Positions 52,855 through 64,000 of a stretch of 64,000 bases of DNA are shown here, piece after piece. Both the position numbers and the translations under genes were made by a program. The stretch lies in NCBI GenBank assembly GCA_001662655.1, contig KV460206.1; one strand, 5' to 3'. Each line of letters begins with the position of its first letter. Position 1 is the stretch's first letter. Origin of the DNA: Pseudogymnoascus verrucosus. Its lineage: Eukaryota. The notes beneath the pieces are model-generated. The model saw only the letters and a list, made by a program, of their open reading frames with translations. It was not told the DNA's origin and did no database searches.

Positions 52855-54039
52855 ATGGCGACTACAGTTGAGCAGCTCGGGATCAACTCTCTCAAGCTAG
52901 ACGGCGCTCCCTCGCCGTCGCTTGTATTCGAGCCGTTTGACCTACCGTCGACTAACCAGCGTACACTTGGCGCCCCTTACCCCGCCAACACTGTTACCCC
53001 ACTCGCTTTAAGGCCATCCGTGCATGACAATGCTGAGGTTGAGCTCGACACAGTTGTAGAGACCATAAAGTCTCTCCAGGCACAGGATGGTATCCTCTCC
53101 AAGAAGCTTGCCCTCCACGGCACTCTCCTCTTTCGGGGACTCCCGATTCGCAGTGCGGCCGACTTCAGCAAGTTCGCCCACGCTTTTGGTTATAAGCCGC
53201 ACGAGATCATCGGAATTGTCGTCGATAGGCAACTACTCGCACCTAATGTAGCACCCGCAAACGAGGCACCTAAAGAGGTGCTAATCTATAATCACAACGA
53301 GTCACCGCAGGTTCCGCACGCGCCAGAGTACATTTTCTTCTACAGCCAGAAGGCACCCGAAAAAGGCGGCGAGACACCCATATCCTCATCGCTCGAGCTC
53401 TTCTACCGCGCGCAGCAGGAGATCCCCGAGTTCATCGCCGAGCTCGCTGAGAAAGGCATCCTAAGCAGGGTCGTTTACAAAGAGGGCAAGCAGTACGAGG
53501 GCGGCTCGACACTGCAACAGGCATTCGGGAAAGAAATCCAAGACGACGACGATGCGGCCACACGGCGCTCCAAGATCGAGGCCCAGATCGCGCGCTATGG
53601 TCGGGGCAAGTACACGACGTGGGAATGGACAGACGACGACGGCCTTGTGCTCACTCACCGACTCCCGGGGATCCGCACCCAGCGTGGCACGAACTTACCG
53701 ACTCTGTTCACGGGACTGGCGGCGTACTACCGCAACTCGCAGGTGAACAGCGGGGCGAGGCGTACCGTCACGCAGCAGCTGTTTGGCGATGGTTCGCCCA
53801 TTCCGGAGAAGTTCCTGGCGCGCCTGGCGGAAATCACGGATGAGATCCGGGTGCTGCATAAGTGGCAGCAAGGCGATGTGCTTGTCTATGATAATGTCGT
53901 TTCGCAGCATGGGAGGCAGCCGTGGGAAGGGGAGCAGGCCGATCGGGTGGTGCTTGCGAGTTTGTTTGATGGAGATGATGTGCCTGGCGCGTATGGCTTT
54001 GGCGAGTGGGCACAGGTTGTCCAAGCACTTGATTTATAG
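52855..54039 (+). CDS. TauD/TfdA (clavaminate synthase-like) Fe(II)/2-oxoglutarate dioxygenase
   Basis: Motifs HGTLLFRGLP, H-x-E iron motif (YNHNES), GGETP and WQQGDVLVYDN..QHGRQPW. Confidence 0.9.
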   Translation: MATTVEQLGINSLKLDGAPSPSLVFEPFDLPSTNQRTLGAPYPANTVTPLALRPSVHDNAEVELDTVVETIKSLQAQDGILSKKLALHGTLLFRGLPIRSAADFSKFAHAFGYKPHEIIGIVVDRQLLAPNVAPANEAPKEVLIYNHNESPQVPHAPEYIFFYSQKAPEKGGETPISSSLELFYRAQQEIPEFIAELAEKGILSRVVYKEGKQYEGGSTLQQAFGKEIQDDDDAATRRSKIEAQIARYGRGKYTTWEWTDDDGLVLTHRLPGIRTQRGTNLPTLFTGLAAYYRNSQVNSGARRTVTQQLFGDGSPIPEKFLARLAEITDEIRVLHKWQQGDVLVYDNVVSQHGRQPWEGEQADRVVLASLFDGDDVPGAYGFGEWAQVVQALDL

Positions 54040-54258
54040 TCTGTAGCTTTCTATAGCTAGGTATTTTAGTGTTGTTGGACGAGTTTAGTATTTTATGAGG
54101 GGAAACCAGCCCCCCTGTTTTCAGCCAAATAGCTGCTTTATTAACTAGCCATGCAACACCTCAACTTTACAATACCGTTCTTAATGTCCGTTATCCATTT
54201 CAACCTCTCAATCTTTAAGGGATAGACTCGTCTGCCCACATTCCAAGGCACTAGCAAC

Positions 54259-54897
54259 ATGTCCATGGATCGCACCTAGCCAAAACTCTCCATCCAGATG
54301 TCTGGTGCGCCAGGTTCGGGAAAGAGCACCATAGCAAGACTGCTCGGTCAATCTATCGGCGGAGTAGTCATCGACCACGACGTCCTTAGATCCACTCTTC
54401 TTGAATCCGATCTTCAGTTCGGCCCGGCAGCGAGGTCTGCCTACGAGCTCCAGTGGGCGCTAGCACAAGACGTCATGACGCAAGGTCTTAGCGTTATCAC
54501 TGACAGCACCTGCAACTTCCAAACCGTTCTCGACCGAGGAACGGAACTGGCCAAGGAATAGGGCTATAATTACTGGTATGTCGAGTGCCAGGTCCGAGAT
54601 ATTGATCTATTGGACCGGCGGCTGCGCTCCCGAGTCTCGATGACGAGTCAACGAACTGGTGTTGAATGTCCTCCCGCTGCTGCTGTGGCTGTAAATGGAA
54701 TTGGTGAAAGCGAAGACTCGCGCACAATCTTCAAGAGGTGGATTGAGAATCCATGTCGTCCAGAGGACAGTAATATTGTCATTATAGAGTCAACAGGAAA
54801 ATCCAGAGATGCTATGAGACCATATTCTAAAAATGATTGCCAGCTACCTAAGGGGCCCAGGTGCAAGATGGCAAGAACGACATGTAGCTTAACCTAA
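54259..54897 (+). pseudogene. AAA_33-like P-loop nucleotide kinase pseudogene
   Basis: Walker A motif MSGAPGSGKST and VIDHD. In-frame TAG at 54277 and 54559, with homologous-looking reading frame (YWYVEC..LDRRLRSR) continuing past the stop. Confidence 0.75.
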
Positions 54898-55873
54898 TAC
54901 TTTAAACATCGCTTACTTGATACAACACCCGTGCCGTCATTAAGTTAAGGGAAGTTGCAGCTAGCTTTATGTAACAATAGACTAAAAAAGCCTGACCTTC
55001 TAGGACAACTACATTGTCTGAAGAGACTGATGGAATTTAGAACTTGGGTGTAGTGAGATTGAGCAGGCGGTTTGGACTCCGAAAATTCATGTATATTTAA
55101 GGAGATAGCCAAACTATATTTCAGTCAAATAGTGATGGATAAGAGAGATGTTTGACTAGTTACAGCAGATTGAATGTGGTAATTATTGTTGTCGTCAGCG
55201 GCTGGCGGGCAGAAATTGAGGTGTCGTGCATGGAAGACCCCTAATCTACAAACAGACGGCCTTGTTATAGAATGACATAACCCATCTGAAACTTTAGGGA
55301 CTTTGGGTATGCAGCTTAGTAACCAAATCTATTGGTCTTACCACTATATCGCAGATCAGATCGAAGTACTTTGCCAAGGCTAGGGCCGATATAGCTCTGG
55401 ACCGCCGAGATTCTTGCGATCTAGAGTTGTCTCGGCCCCTCTGCCAGAGATATATCCCTCTGTAGGCTAGCTGGACCATGATACTCAAGTCGAGGCCACT
55501 CAAGTGAAGCCGCTCAGGTTTACGCCTTCATGACGTGCCGTCGGTATAGGGGATATTACCAGAGTTTGGTTCACGTTCCTTCCGGATTGCCTCATAGTTA
55601 CTATAGCTTCCAAGCAACCTCACATGAGAATGGATGTTACCATGGACGAATTGCTGCCACGAATGACAAGTCGGCCACAGCTATCTCTAATCGCCGATGT
55701 GCAAATGGAGTTTAACCTCAGCTCGCCATAATCCAAGATGACGTTGCCTGAAAGGAGCTTCAACTGGATGTAACCAGCCCTGCTGTCAGTATAAAGGGTC
55801 AAACAGCCTGTCAACAGTCGTTATATTCTCCAACGTACATGTAACAGTACTACATGACACCGTCGCTATCACG

Positions 55874-57087
55874 ATGAACCCGTTTTCCTCCCGACGCTCG
55901 AGCGGCGTCAACGCCAACGTCTCCTCCCCGAGAAGAAAGCATAAAGACCAGCTAGGCATGCTCGGTCTCGCCGACAACACGCGCAACAACACCGTCGCCG
56001 TGATCGGCGAGTTCGTCGGCACCTTCCTCTTCCTCTTCTGGTCCTTTGTCGGCGCCCAGATCTCCAACACGCCCAAGCCTCAAGATGGCGCCCCCCCTAA
56101 TACATCGAACTTGCTATTTGTGTCGCTGTGTTTTGGCTTCTCCTTGACGGTGAATGTCTGGGCGTTTTATCGGATCACGGGTGGGTTATTTAACCCTTCG
56201 GTATGTGTTGCCTTCTCTGAAACCACGTGCTGGGCTGAGCTGACATTAAAAAGGTGACGCTTGCTTTGTTCCTCGTTGGGGGGCTGCCGGCTGTGAGAGC
56301 ACTTCTCGTCTTCGTTGCTCAGCTACTTGGAGGGATCTGTGCTGCGGCGGTGGTGTCTGCCCTCTTCCCGGGACCACTCACTGTGGAAACATTGTTGGGC
56401 GGAGGAACGTCGATATCCCAGGGGCTGTTCATCGAGATGTTCCTGACGGCGCAGCTGGTGTTTGTGATCATCATGCTCGCAGTGGTCAAGCACAAATCGA
56501 CGTTCCTTGCCCCTGTTGGAATCGGTCTCGCTTTCTTCTTGACTGAACTTTGTGGTTTGTACCAGCCCAACCATGTTCAAGTGACGTCTGTCTAACGTGT
56601 AATAACAGGCATCTACTTCACTGGAGGTTCTCTCAATTTTGCCCGCTCCCTTGGCCCGGCAGTCGTGAACCGCCACTTCCCAGGCTACTTCTGGATCTAC
56701 TTCGTCGGCCCGCTTCTCGGTTCCCTCCTCGCAGCGGGCTTCTATAAACTGCTGAACGGCATGCGCTACCAGACCTGCAACCCCGGCCAGGACTTATGCG
56801 AAGAGGAGGTACCACAGCAGAGCGGTACCATTCCTGGCCATTATGAGAACGGAAACCCCCCACTTAAGCACGCGCGGAATGTCTCTGGGGCCACCGCGGT
56901 GGATCATGACGAGCGAACTGGTGGCCAAACAATTCCGGTGCAGAATGACAACTATGCCAATACGGAGTTGCGCCAGGATGGGATTTCGCCTCTTGGAAGC
57001 AGCACCTATACGACTCCCGCATACAACGGCAGCGCACCTGTCGTGCAGGCCGGGCAGGCCGGGTATGCGGCTAGGGAGTACGTGTAA
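55874..57087 (+). CDS. Aquaporin (MIP family); introns 56201-56253 and 56555-56608
   Basis: Motifs GEFVGTFLFLF, ITGGLFNPS, IEMFLTAQL, FTGGSLNFARSLGP and WIYFVGPLLG. Confidence 0.93.
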
Positions 57088-57336
57088 TGGTAGGCTTTTG
57101 AGGCGAGCCATTTGAGAAGACCCTTAGAGGTGGCGAGGAGAAGTTGAGAGAGGGCGTGCAGCGGTGGAACGTATGGTCGAGCGACAGCTATCAGGCTGTC
57201 TTATTTAGCATACCGTGTATTCCCGCTATTAGCATTATTGAGTGTAGAAATAAAGTCAATCCTAAGCTTGTGTCTGGCATAGCGGATGGGATACCCAATC
57301 GTCTTGAGTCTGTGATGTAGAGCCGGTGAAGCACCA

Positions 57337-58839
57337 TTATTTCAACCCATCTTCCCTGCGCCTCTCCAACTTCACCATGTACTCTGACTCCATGAGCTGC
57401 TCCGCTGTCAACCTCGAGGCAGGTTCAAAAGCCATCATACCCCTCAGTAACTCGTCCAAAGCCCGCATCTCACCCTCTTTCACATCCCACTGACATGACT
57501 CAGGCGCCTCACCACATCCCATGTCCCACATACGCTGGTTAAGAGGTCGGAACACAGGCGTGTAGATCCTTTTCATATCACGGACCCAGGAGCCGTCCAG
57601 CTCGAAGAATTCCTTACGATTCTCCCATGCGTCCCACCAGCGAGCAGGCGGCGAGCCAAGCGTACTTACCATTTCTGCTATTGTATCATCTCGGTCCCAG
57701 CCGAATGTTTCAAAGTGAGCCCGTTCACCGAGGACTTCGTAGAGATTGACGGCGAGTGTCCAGATGTCGACAGCTTGGGTAATGGGTTCGTTGAAGAAAT
57801 CTTCGGGGGGGAGGTAGAGAGCAGGTGTATGGAGCTTGGGCGATGGCTCGGTGGCAACTGCGAATGAGGTTCCATAGTCGGATATCCTAACGATTGGGTC
57901 CACGAGCTTGTCGGCGGACATCTTGATGTGCACTGGGTAAACAGCATATGGCGGTGCGTGAGGTTCAACTGCCGCGCCATCAACCCTCGTGACGGGAGCC
58001 TTGTCTAGGCGGTAACGATTGTAGAGCTCGTCAGGGCTGAGGCTGTCTAAACCTGGACCGCGCAGAAGGAAGTTTCGCGTGTGGAGATCTAAATAATGTG
58101 AGAACTAGCAGTCATGAAACTTGCGGCGAACGAAAGGAATTTAAACCCTACCACCATGACACACTCCACGGGAGTGCAGATATGAAACTCCCATAATAAG
58201 TTGAGTGGCAATGGATCTTGTAGTTTCAGTAGGAAACATAAAGTTTACCGAGTCCTCCTTAGACGCTGCAATACTGCAGCCAGCAGGTTCTTGCACGAGG
58301 CAATCGTGGCGTCCGTTAGGTTCATCGAATGAGAGCTCGTCGAGTAAACGTGGAGTGAACCGCTGCCCTGGGTGCATCGAGTTACCGCCACAGATCATCC
58401 GTAGAATACTGCCTTCAGTGCTTTTTAAGGACTCATCGGCAACTAGGATCTTCAACGAGTCATAACGTTCTAGATGCTTGTCACGGGCCAGCCAAATCGT
58501 TGAATAACCACCGAACCCAAGCTTGTGGACAACCTCATATCGGCCATCGTGGAAATGGTCACCGATGACGGTGGGATGTTAGCCGCCAATGGTGTAATCT
58601 TCAAAGTCTTCTAGGTCGACCTCCCGGATATAGACATCCTCGTATGGTGGGGAGGCAGTGCTAGCGATGGAGTAACACCGACGATTGGGGGATCCATTCT
58701 GGCCAAGAGAAAACGAACGCGTCGAGTGAAATATGTGTGACGGAGCTTTCCAAGAACGATATTGCGAGGACGATCTTAATCGACTGCAAGCTACTACTGG
58801 TATAGAGTAAATTGAACGCTGCCTGCAGACGACTCTCAT
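57337..58839 (-). pseudogene. SRPK-like (CMGC) fungal protein kinase with a premature stop (intron 58089-58151)
   Basis: Reads EDYTIGG*HPTVIGD..RYEVVHKLGFGGYSTIWLARD, with TAA at 58579-58581 where the family has GGYHP. Also HGDLH, DYG and DIWTL motifs. Confidence 0.75.
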
Positions 58840-59126
58840 AGTTAACCCAATACACATCAAGGTGGGCGGGGATGATGACACAGGGTAGAATACATACTCG
58901 AACTCTATATGGATAGTAAGACACCATATCTAGCGCATGGACTCGATATGTGCCACGGGATTGTTAGGTGGGGTTCCAGGAGACGCTTCGTGTTGTAAAT
59001 GAACGCGTGCGGAAGGCTACGGCCATGATAGGGGCGAGAAGATAATATATATTGGCATGGTTTTCATAGAAGACAGACTACTTTGTTTCTATCTCCCCAG
59101 TAAGTCTCTCATGCTGCAAATATACT

Positions 59127-59725
59127 TGTTAGTAGTCCGAAATCCGTTAACGCCCTTTCCTTTTTGCTATATTTTTAATTAATATGATAATTATAGTATT
59201 CAATAATTGAGATCCTTTATTTTAATTATAATTAATACAATAACTACTCTTCAGACTCTTAAACGACTCCAGTATCCCAACTAAGATTAATGCCGAAAGC
59301 AACCGCAAGTATCCTCTAAACCACCGGACAACGGAGCGGAAGTGTTCCCCAGTACTTGCCTTTCTCTGTTCCGTCCCATAATTTTGGGAAAGCGGGATAC
59401 GAGGGGTGGCGTATAGAGCGGCGTCGGGCAACGGATGTGGTGGAGTGGGCGGGAAGCTTGACCTTGATTTGGTGTGGAGGACGTGGAAGTGGGCGAGGAT
59501 GGCGATGACAATTAGGGGGGAGTGGCGGCTGTGGTGCAAGAAGGACCCAGACCATAGGATTCTAAGGCAGCGTTGCGCACGGGAGAATGAGGGGGTTTCC
59601 ACCCAAGGAAAGGGGAGTGTGTATTCCCTTGCTGCTGTGTGGTGGAAGTCAAGGAAGGTACCTGCGTTACCATAACTTGGTAACAACCCCCCTTTTCAGC
59701 CAATAACCACAGAAATAGCCTATTT
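59127..59725. mobile_element. Possible degenerate transposon/LTR relic
   Basis: TGTTAG at 59127 and TAACA at 59681-59685 bracket a block with a very AT/TpA-rich stretch (59160-59250). On the minus strand a purine run GAAAAGGGGGG precedes TGTTAC. No target-site duplication and no coding domain. Confidence 0.3.
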
Positions 59726-62700
59726 CGCAGGCTGGCATCCCACTCTCCCTACAACCTTAAATATTAGACATTAGCATCTTAAATTCGTCCAAGCTCGCAC
59801 TCCTCGATAGTCTCCAGGCCAAAGAAGACCGGAGTGCTTTGTTTTTCGTAGCAGATATATATTTTCCAATTTAAAGGGGTTGGATGCGAGGAGTACCACC
59901 AGTGCCCTGTTTCCATGAAAGGCATGGCGAGCTGCTTGTGGACGGCACTGGATGCCGCATGGCTGCGTCGTAACTGTGTTCCAATGTGGAACATGGCGCT
60001 CCAACCTTGACAGACTGGTTTCACGACGATGCAGTGCAATCCTTATACGAGGTCTCAGACACGCTGTGGAGCAAGACTGTGCATCCCATTAGTGCCCGGG
60101 TCGTGCGATGTGCGGCGTTTGGCTTGGTGGTTCTCCCTGGCTCCTTGCGAGTCTGCCTTACCTAAGATTAGCTTGCAGGGAAAGGGGGCGATCCATGAAG
60201 CGCTTGGATATAGCTCACGCGTGACCACGTGATATCGCACTTTATGGGAACTGAACTTTCAGACCATTTGGACGATTCGGATTCGGTCAGGATAGAGTCC
60301 ATGATGGTTGGATCACTGAGAGTAATCTTCATGTGTGAAGGCAGCCGGCATACCCTCAAAGGTGATATGCCGAGGTCGTCGGTGAGTCAATCGGTGTAGG
60401 CCGAACGTTATGGCTGAGCAGAGCTGAAGTTCTGGACGCGACAGATAGCCAGTTGCAACCGCAGTTTAGACAAGGAAACGTTGACTATACCAGGATGATG
60501 TCTGCAGATGCCCATGTGCAGAAATTTGTAATGGACATGAGTGATGGAGATGGAAACGGATAGGCGCAGTGGAGTAAGGGTAAAGAGGTCCATCTGGCGG
60601 TCAAGCGGGGAGGAAACACCAGCATATCGGCCCTTAGCAAGTATCTCAACCGCGGTCAGCCTCGCGAACTGTGAGAAACAGCATGGAATGACCAATTGGC
60701 GTCCGCTGCCCCTCTCCCACCTCGGCGGGCACAAATCTGGCCTGCGAGGGCCCGAGTAAGCATATCCAGGATCGTCATCAGGTCGGTGCCTACACAACCC
60801 ACTTGCGAACGAGTCCCATACCCGTTTGGGCGCGAGGAAGCCCTGCGTCCGCGGCGCCGCCATGCGATTCTGGGTGTTCGGGTCGCGGATTGCTGCGATG
60901 TTTGGATAGGACCTGGTTGGGGTTGCATGTCAGCGGCGGCGGAATACTCTACCGACTCGCTTGGCGCCGTGTTTGACAGGAGGGAGGAAGGGATGAGTGT
61001 ATGGGTGTCGGAGGCTTGGGGACGGCGACACGCGAGGTTTGCTGGGATGCGCAGGGCTGATGCAGCACCCGCGAAGTGAGAGTGCAGATGAAATTGATTG
61101 ATGGGTTCTGTGATGGGGTGGTTGGACGACGTGTATCGTAGGTTGCCGTTGCATCGTTGCATCGTCCCCACACATCCATTCCCACTCTTCCGCGGCTTGT
61201 ACTACTGTACACAGAACTAATCGTTCAGTAACCACGGTTTGGGCGAGACATTTGCCGTCCGAGGTGGGCCTGCTCTCGAAGAGCCCGTTTGTGCTTTCTT
61301 TCTCCCGTTTGCAACGGCGGCGGCACGCGATACATCTAATCTCTTGGGGGCGGCGGGAACGTACGGACGTAAACTGTTCCGTGCATGGATTCTGGATTAT
61401 TCAGCGACGCTTGTCGTCGCAACCCAGACTCGTAAGACCACGACAGGCATGCATAGGTGTACGCAAGTACAGTACACGCAGAACACGCGCTCCAGTTCTC
61501 GACCTTACCAGTGATGCTGGCAATCTAGCTCTTGGTCGCTCGACGCTGAGGCGTCCTGGCCAACAAAGCCTGTCTATAGATATTCAAATACTCTCTGAGT
61601 AGGTGAAGAGCGCTTGGAAAGGGAAGCGATCGCCGTTGAGCTTGAATCTGCGCCCACGCGCGTGGCTGTGTGAGGGCTTGCTTGGGACATGAAGCATGAG
61701 CTGTGGGCGTAGCATGTATGCGAACTTTAAAGTGACTTCTTTCCAGTGAACAGTCAGCGACAGTGACACCTCCCTCCCCCAAACTCAATTTCAACCACAG
61801 GGAGTTTACTTAACTGGATTGTGATGCGCCCCTCCCCCACGCAGAAACCACGCCACTGCATCTGTAGTGACCCTCTGTGGTGTGTTGGTGGTCCCCTATG
61901 GGACCTATGGCCCCTAAGATCCCCTACCCCAGCCAATTGATTTGGGTTTTGTTAGAGCGAGAAGCCTTGTGTGAAAGGGGCGGAGCCTAATACCCTACCG
62001 TGGCTCCGCTCACTCAGTCGCCCTTGGCTCCATCCCCATCCCTGGCTTTTCTAGTCACAATGGAGTAGTTGTAGTAGTTTGTGCAGTAGTTGCAGTACTA
62101 AAGTAAGTAAGTAAGAGTACTTTAGCAATGAAAGAGGTGAGTTGAGGCCTGTATATATGCAGGACTCTTTCTATGACTTTTGTTGTACTATAATATATGC
62201 CTTTTGTATGGTTAATGCCTGCTTAATGCCTACTCGGATGTACCTCGCTTCTACCAGACACCGTTAGACAGGTGGGCTTCGGTTGGCGTCTCTATTTTGA
62301 GTATCGTGCGAAGATCATCAGCTCAACCACATCACCCTGTTGACTTCGGCCCTACGAGAGCGTAGACTTTAATACTTTAAACTGGCCTTCATGCCGCCTT
62401 CCTTCCAGCCCTCCATCCACCGAGAATCATCACCACCGTAAAGGAATCGTGCTGGTTACGTTCTCTACCGGCCGTTTCCCGTTCCACGACACTCTCGAAA
62501 CCCTCGAAACCGCTGTGCGCCCTTCCGTGGTCGCTCATACATCACCCTCGCTACCTATAATCTCCGACTCCGTTGGGGTTGAAGGAATTCCCCAACCAAC
62601 GAACCATAAATCCTCACCGGCGAGCATATTACAGACACTGGCCGCCCCCATTCATACACTCGAGTTCGCAGATGCACTGTCTTGGGGTCGCCGGCGCAGT

Positions 62701-62799
62701 ACAGACCGAATCCCGCTCATAGACAGTCCCAGGGACAGACCCCCACCACAGCAATCGAACACCGACCTCCTCAACACATAGCCATCACCATCACTGACA

Positions 62800-63955
62800 A
62801 TGTCCTCGTCGAACACCTCCCCCGACACCTACTCCAACCCTACCTTCGACTCTATTAATACGACCACGGCCGGACAGTCGACGCACAAGCGGCGCAGAAG
62901 CACCGACGACCCAACCTCTCCCAAGGGGGACAACACAGGCAGCGGCACTCCCTCCATAAAGCGGATAGCATGTGTAATATGCAGGAAGAGAAAGCTTAAG
63001 TGCGATGGCAGCAAGCCCAGCTGCTCGACCTGCAAGCGCCTCCACCACGACTGCGCCTACGACGAGGTCCGGCGCAAGAGCGGTCCAAAACGCGGATATG
63101 TGAAGGCCCTCGAGGAGCGACTGAGTATGCCCCCTGGCCATATAGACCCTACCTATCTAACTTCCTACTTTAGAGCAAGTCGAGGAATTGCTTAAGACAC
63201 GGGACCCCTCAGCAGCGAAGAGCCCGGACCTAGCACGCCCAACTTTCCCCCCCGCGAACACCCATACGAGCACGCGGGCCATGCTTGCGACAGCAAACGC
63301 AGATTTCGGTGTCAACAACCCAGATATCGCTGTTGTCAACGACCGAGACCACGAGCGCTGGCACTTTCCCGGCGACTCGCCGCAGCCGGGCATGGAGGAA
63401 CTCGCTTTTGACCCGAACTTGAATATGGGGGGGATGACAATGGACCCAACGTTTACATGGGAGATGATTGGATTGGGCCTTGATGAGCCGCTTCCACCGC
63501 AGGAGACGATTGATGAGTTGCACCAGATTTATTTCGAAAAGATACACCCTTCTGTGCCAATGATACATAAGTATCGTTATTTGGCGGCGATGAACCTGTA
63601 AGTCTACCCATTGTATTCCTGTCTACGCCAAGTTTCGTGGTTGGCGTGATTCCGATTGTCCAGTATGGAAGCTTATGCCACACAGTGCTCCGAATCAACG
63701 GCCACCAGTTTGTCTACGATACGCGATGTGGACATTGGCGTGTTCTGTCACAGACAAATTCTTGGACCTGAAAGACCACTTCTACCAGAGATCTCGCAAA
63801 TACGTTGAGCAGGACTACCTGAAGGGACACGGTGAGCATTTGATATCCGTCGGCCACGCGCAGACTCATATCCTTCTGAGCACGTACGAGTTCAAGATGA
63901 TGTATTTCCCAAGGGCCTGGATGAGTACTGGCTCTGGTATCAGATTATGTCAGAT
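62800..63955 (+). CDS. Zn(II)2Cys6 fungal transcription factor, 5' part (introns 63125-63173, 63598-63685; third intron starts 63956; continues beyond window)
   Basis: Binuclear cluster CVICRKRKLKCDGSKPSCSTCKRLHHDCAY, and YFEKIHPSVPMIH at the start of the fungal-specific TF domain. Confidence 0.93.
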
Positions 63956-64000
63956 GTAAGTAACTATACCGAGAATAGGGGGTAGCAAATCTAACACTGG

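Noticed and set aside
59770..62790. Many 60-170 aa ORFs and short (GTA/GTAA)n repeats upstream of the Zn2Cys6 gene
   Set aside because: No domains or coding-like composition. Consistent with a long regulatory/5' UTR region and simple sequence repeats.

Overview
This is eukaryotic genomic DNA from a filamentous ascomycete. Most introns are 47-90 nt, with GT(A/G)AGT donors, CTAAC/CTGAC branch points and YAG/AAG acceptors. A Leotiomycete-like origin is only an impression. Positions ~3-47 kb are a gene-dense housekeeping block: sterol desaturase-like protein, alpha/beta hydrolase, Rpp40, ankyrin protein, Trl1, SCI1-like protein, CCCH protein, TBCE, SF3A2, Cot-1 kinase, Tim54, Nat1, a U2 snRNA gene, Vps25, Rtt107, peroxisomal hydrolase, a TRAPPC11-like gene apparently missing its N-terminal part, Rxt2, Opi3, cyclin B and Rml2. 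Positions ~47-60 kb look accessory. They hold an intron-split, Kex2-type 10-cysteine secreted peptide gene that the ORF track misses, divergent from a polytopic membrane protein. They also hold a UNC-93 transporter/TauD dioxygenase pair, two pseudogenes, an aquaporin with non-canonical NPS/NFA motifs and a possible transposon relic. A Zn2Cys6 transcription factor runs off the window end. The first ~2.3 kb is a degenerate ~600-700 bp tandem array with TATA boxes on both strands. All exon coordinates were derived by hand, and family assignments come from motif recognition, not database searches.
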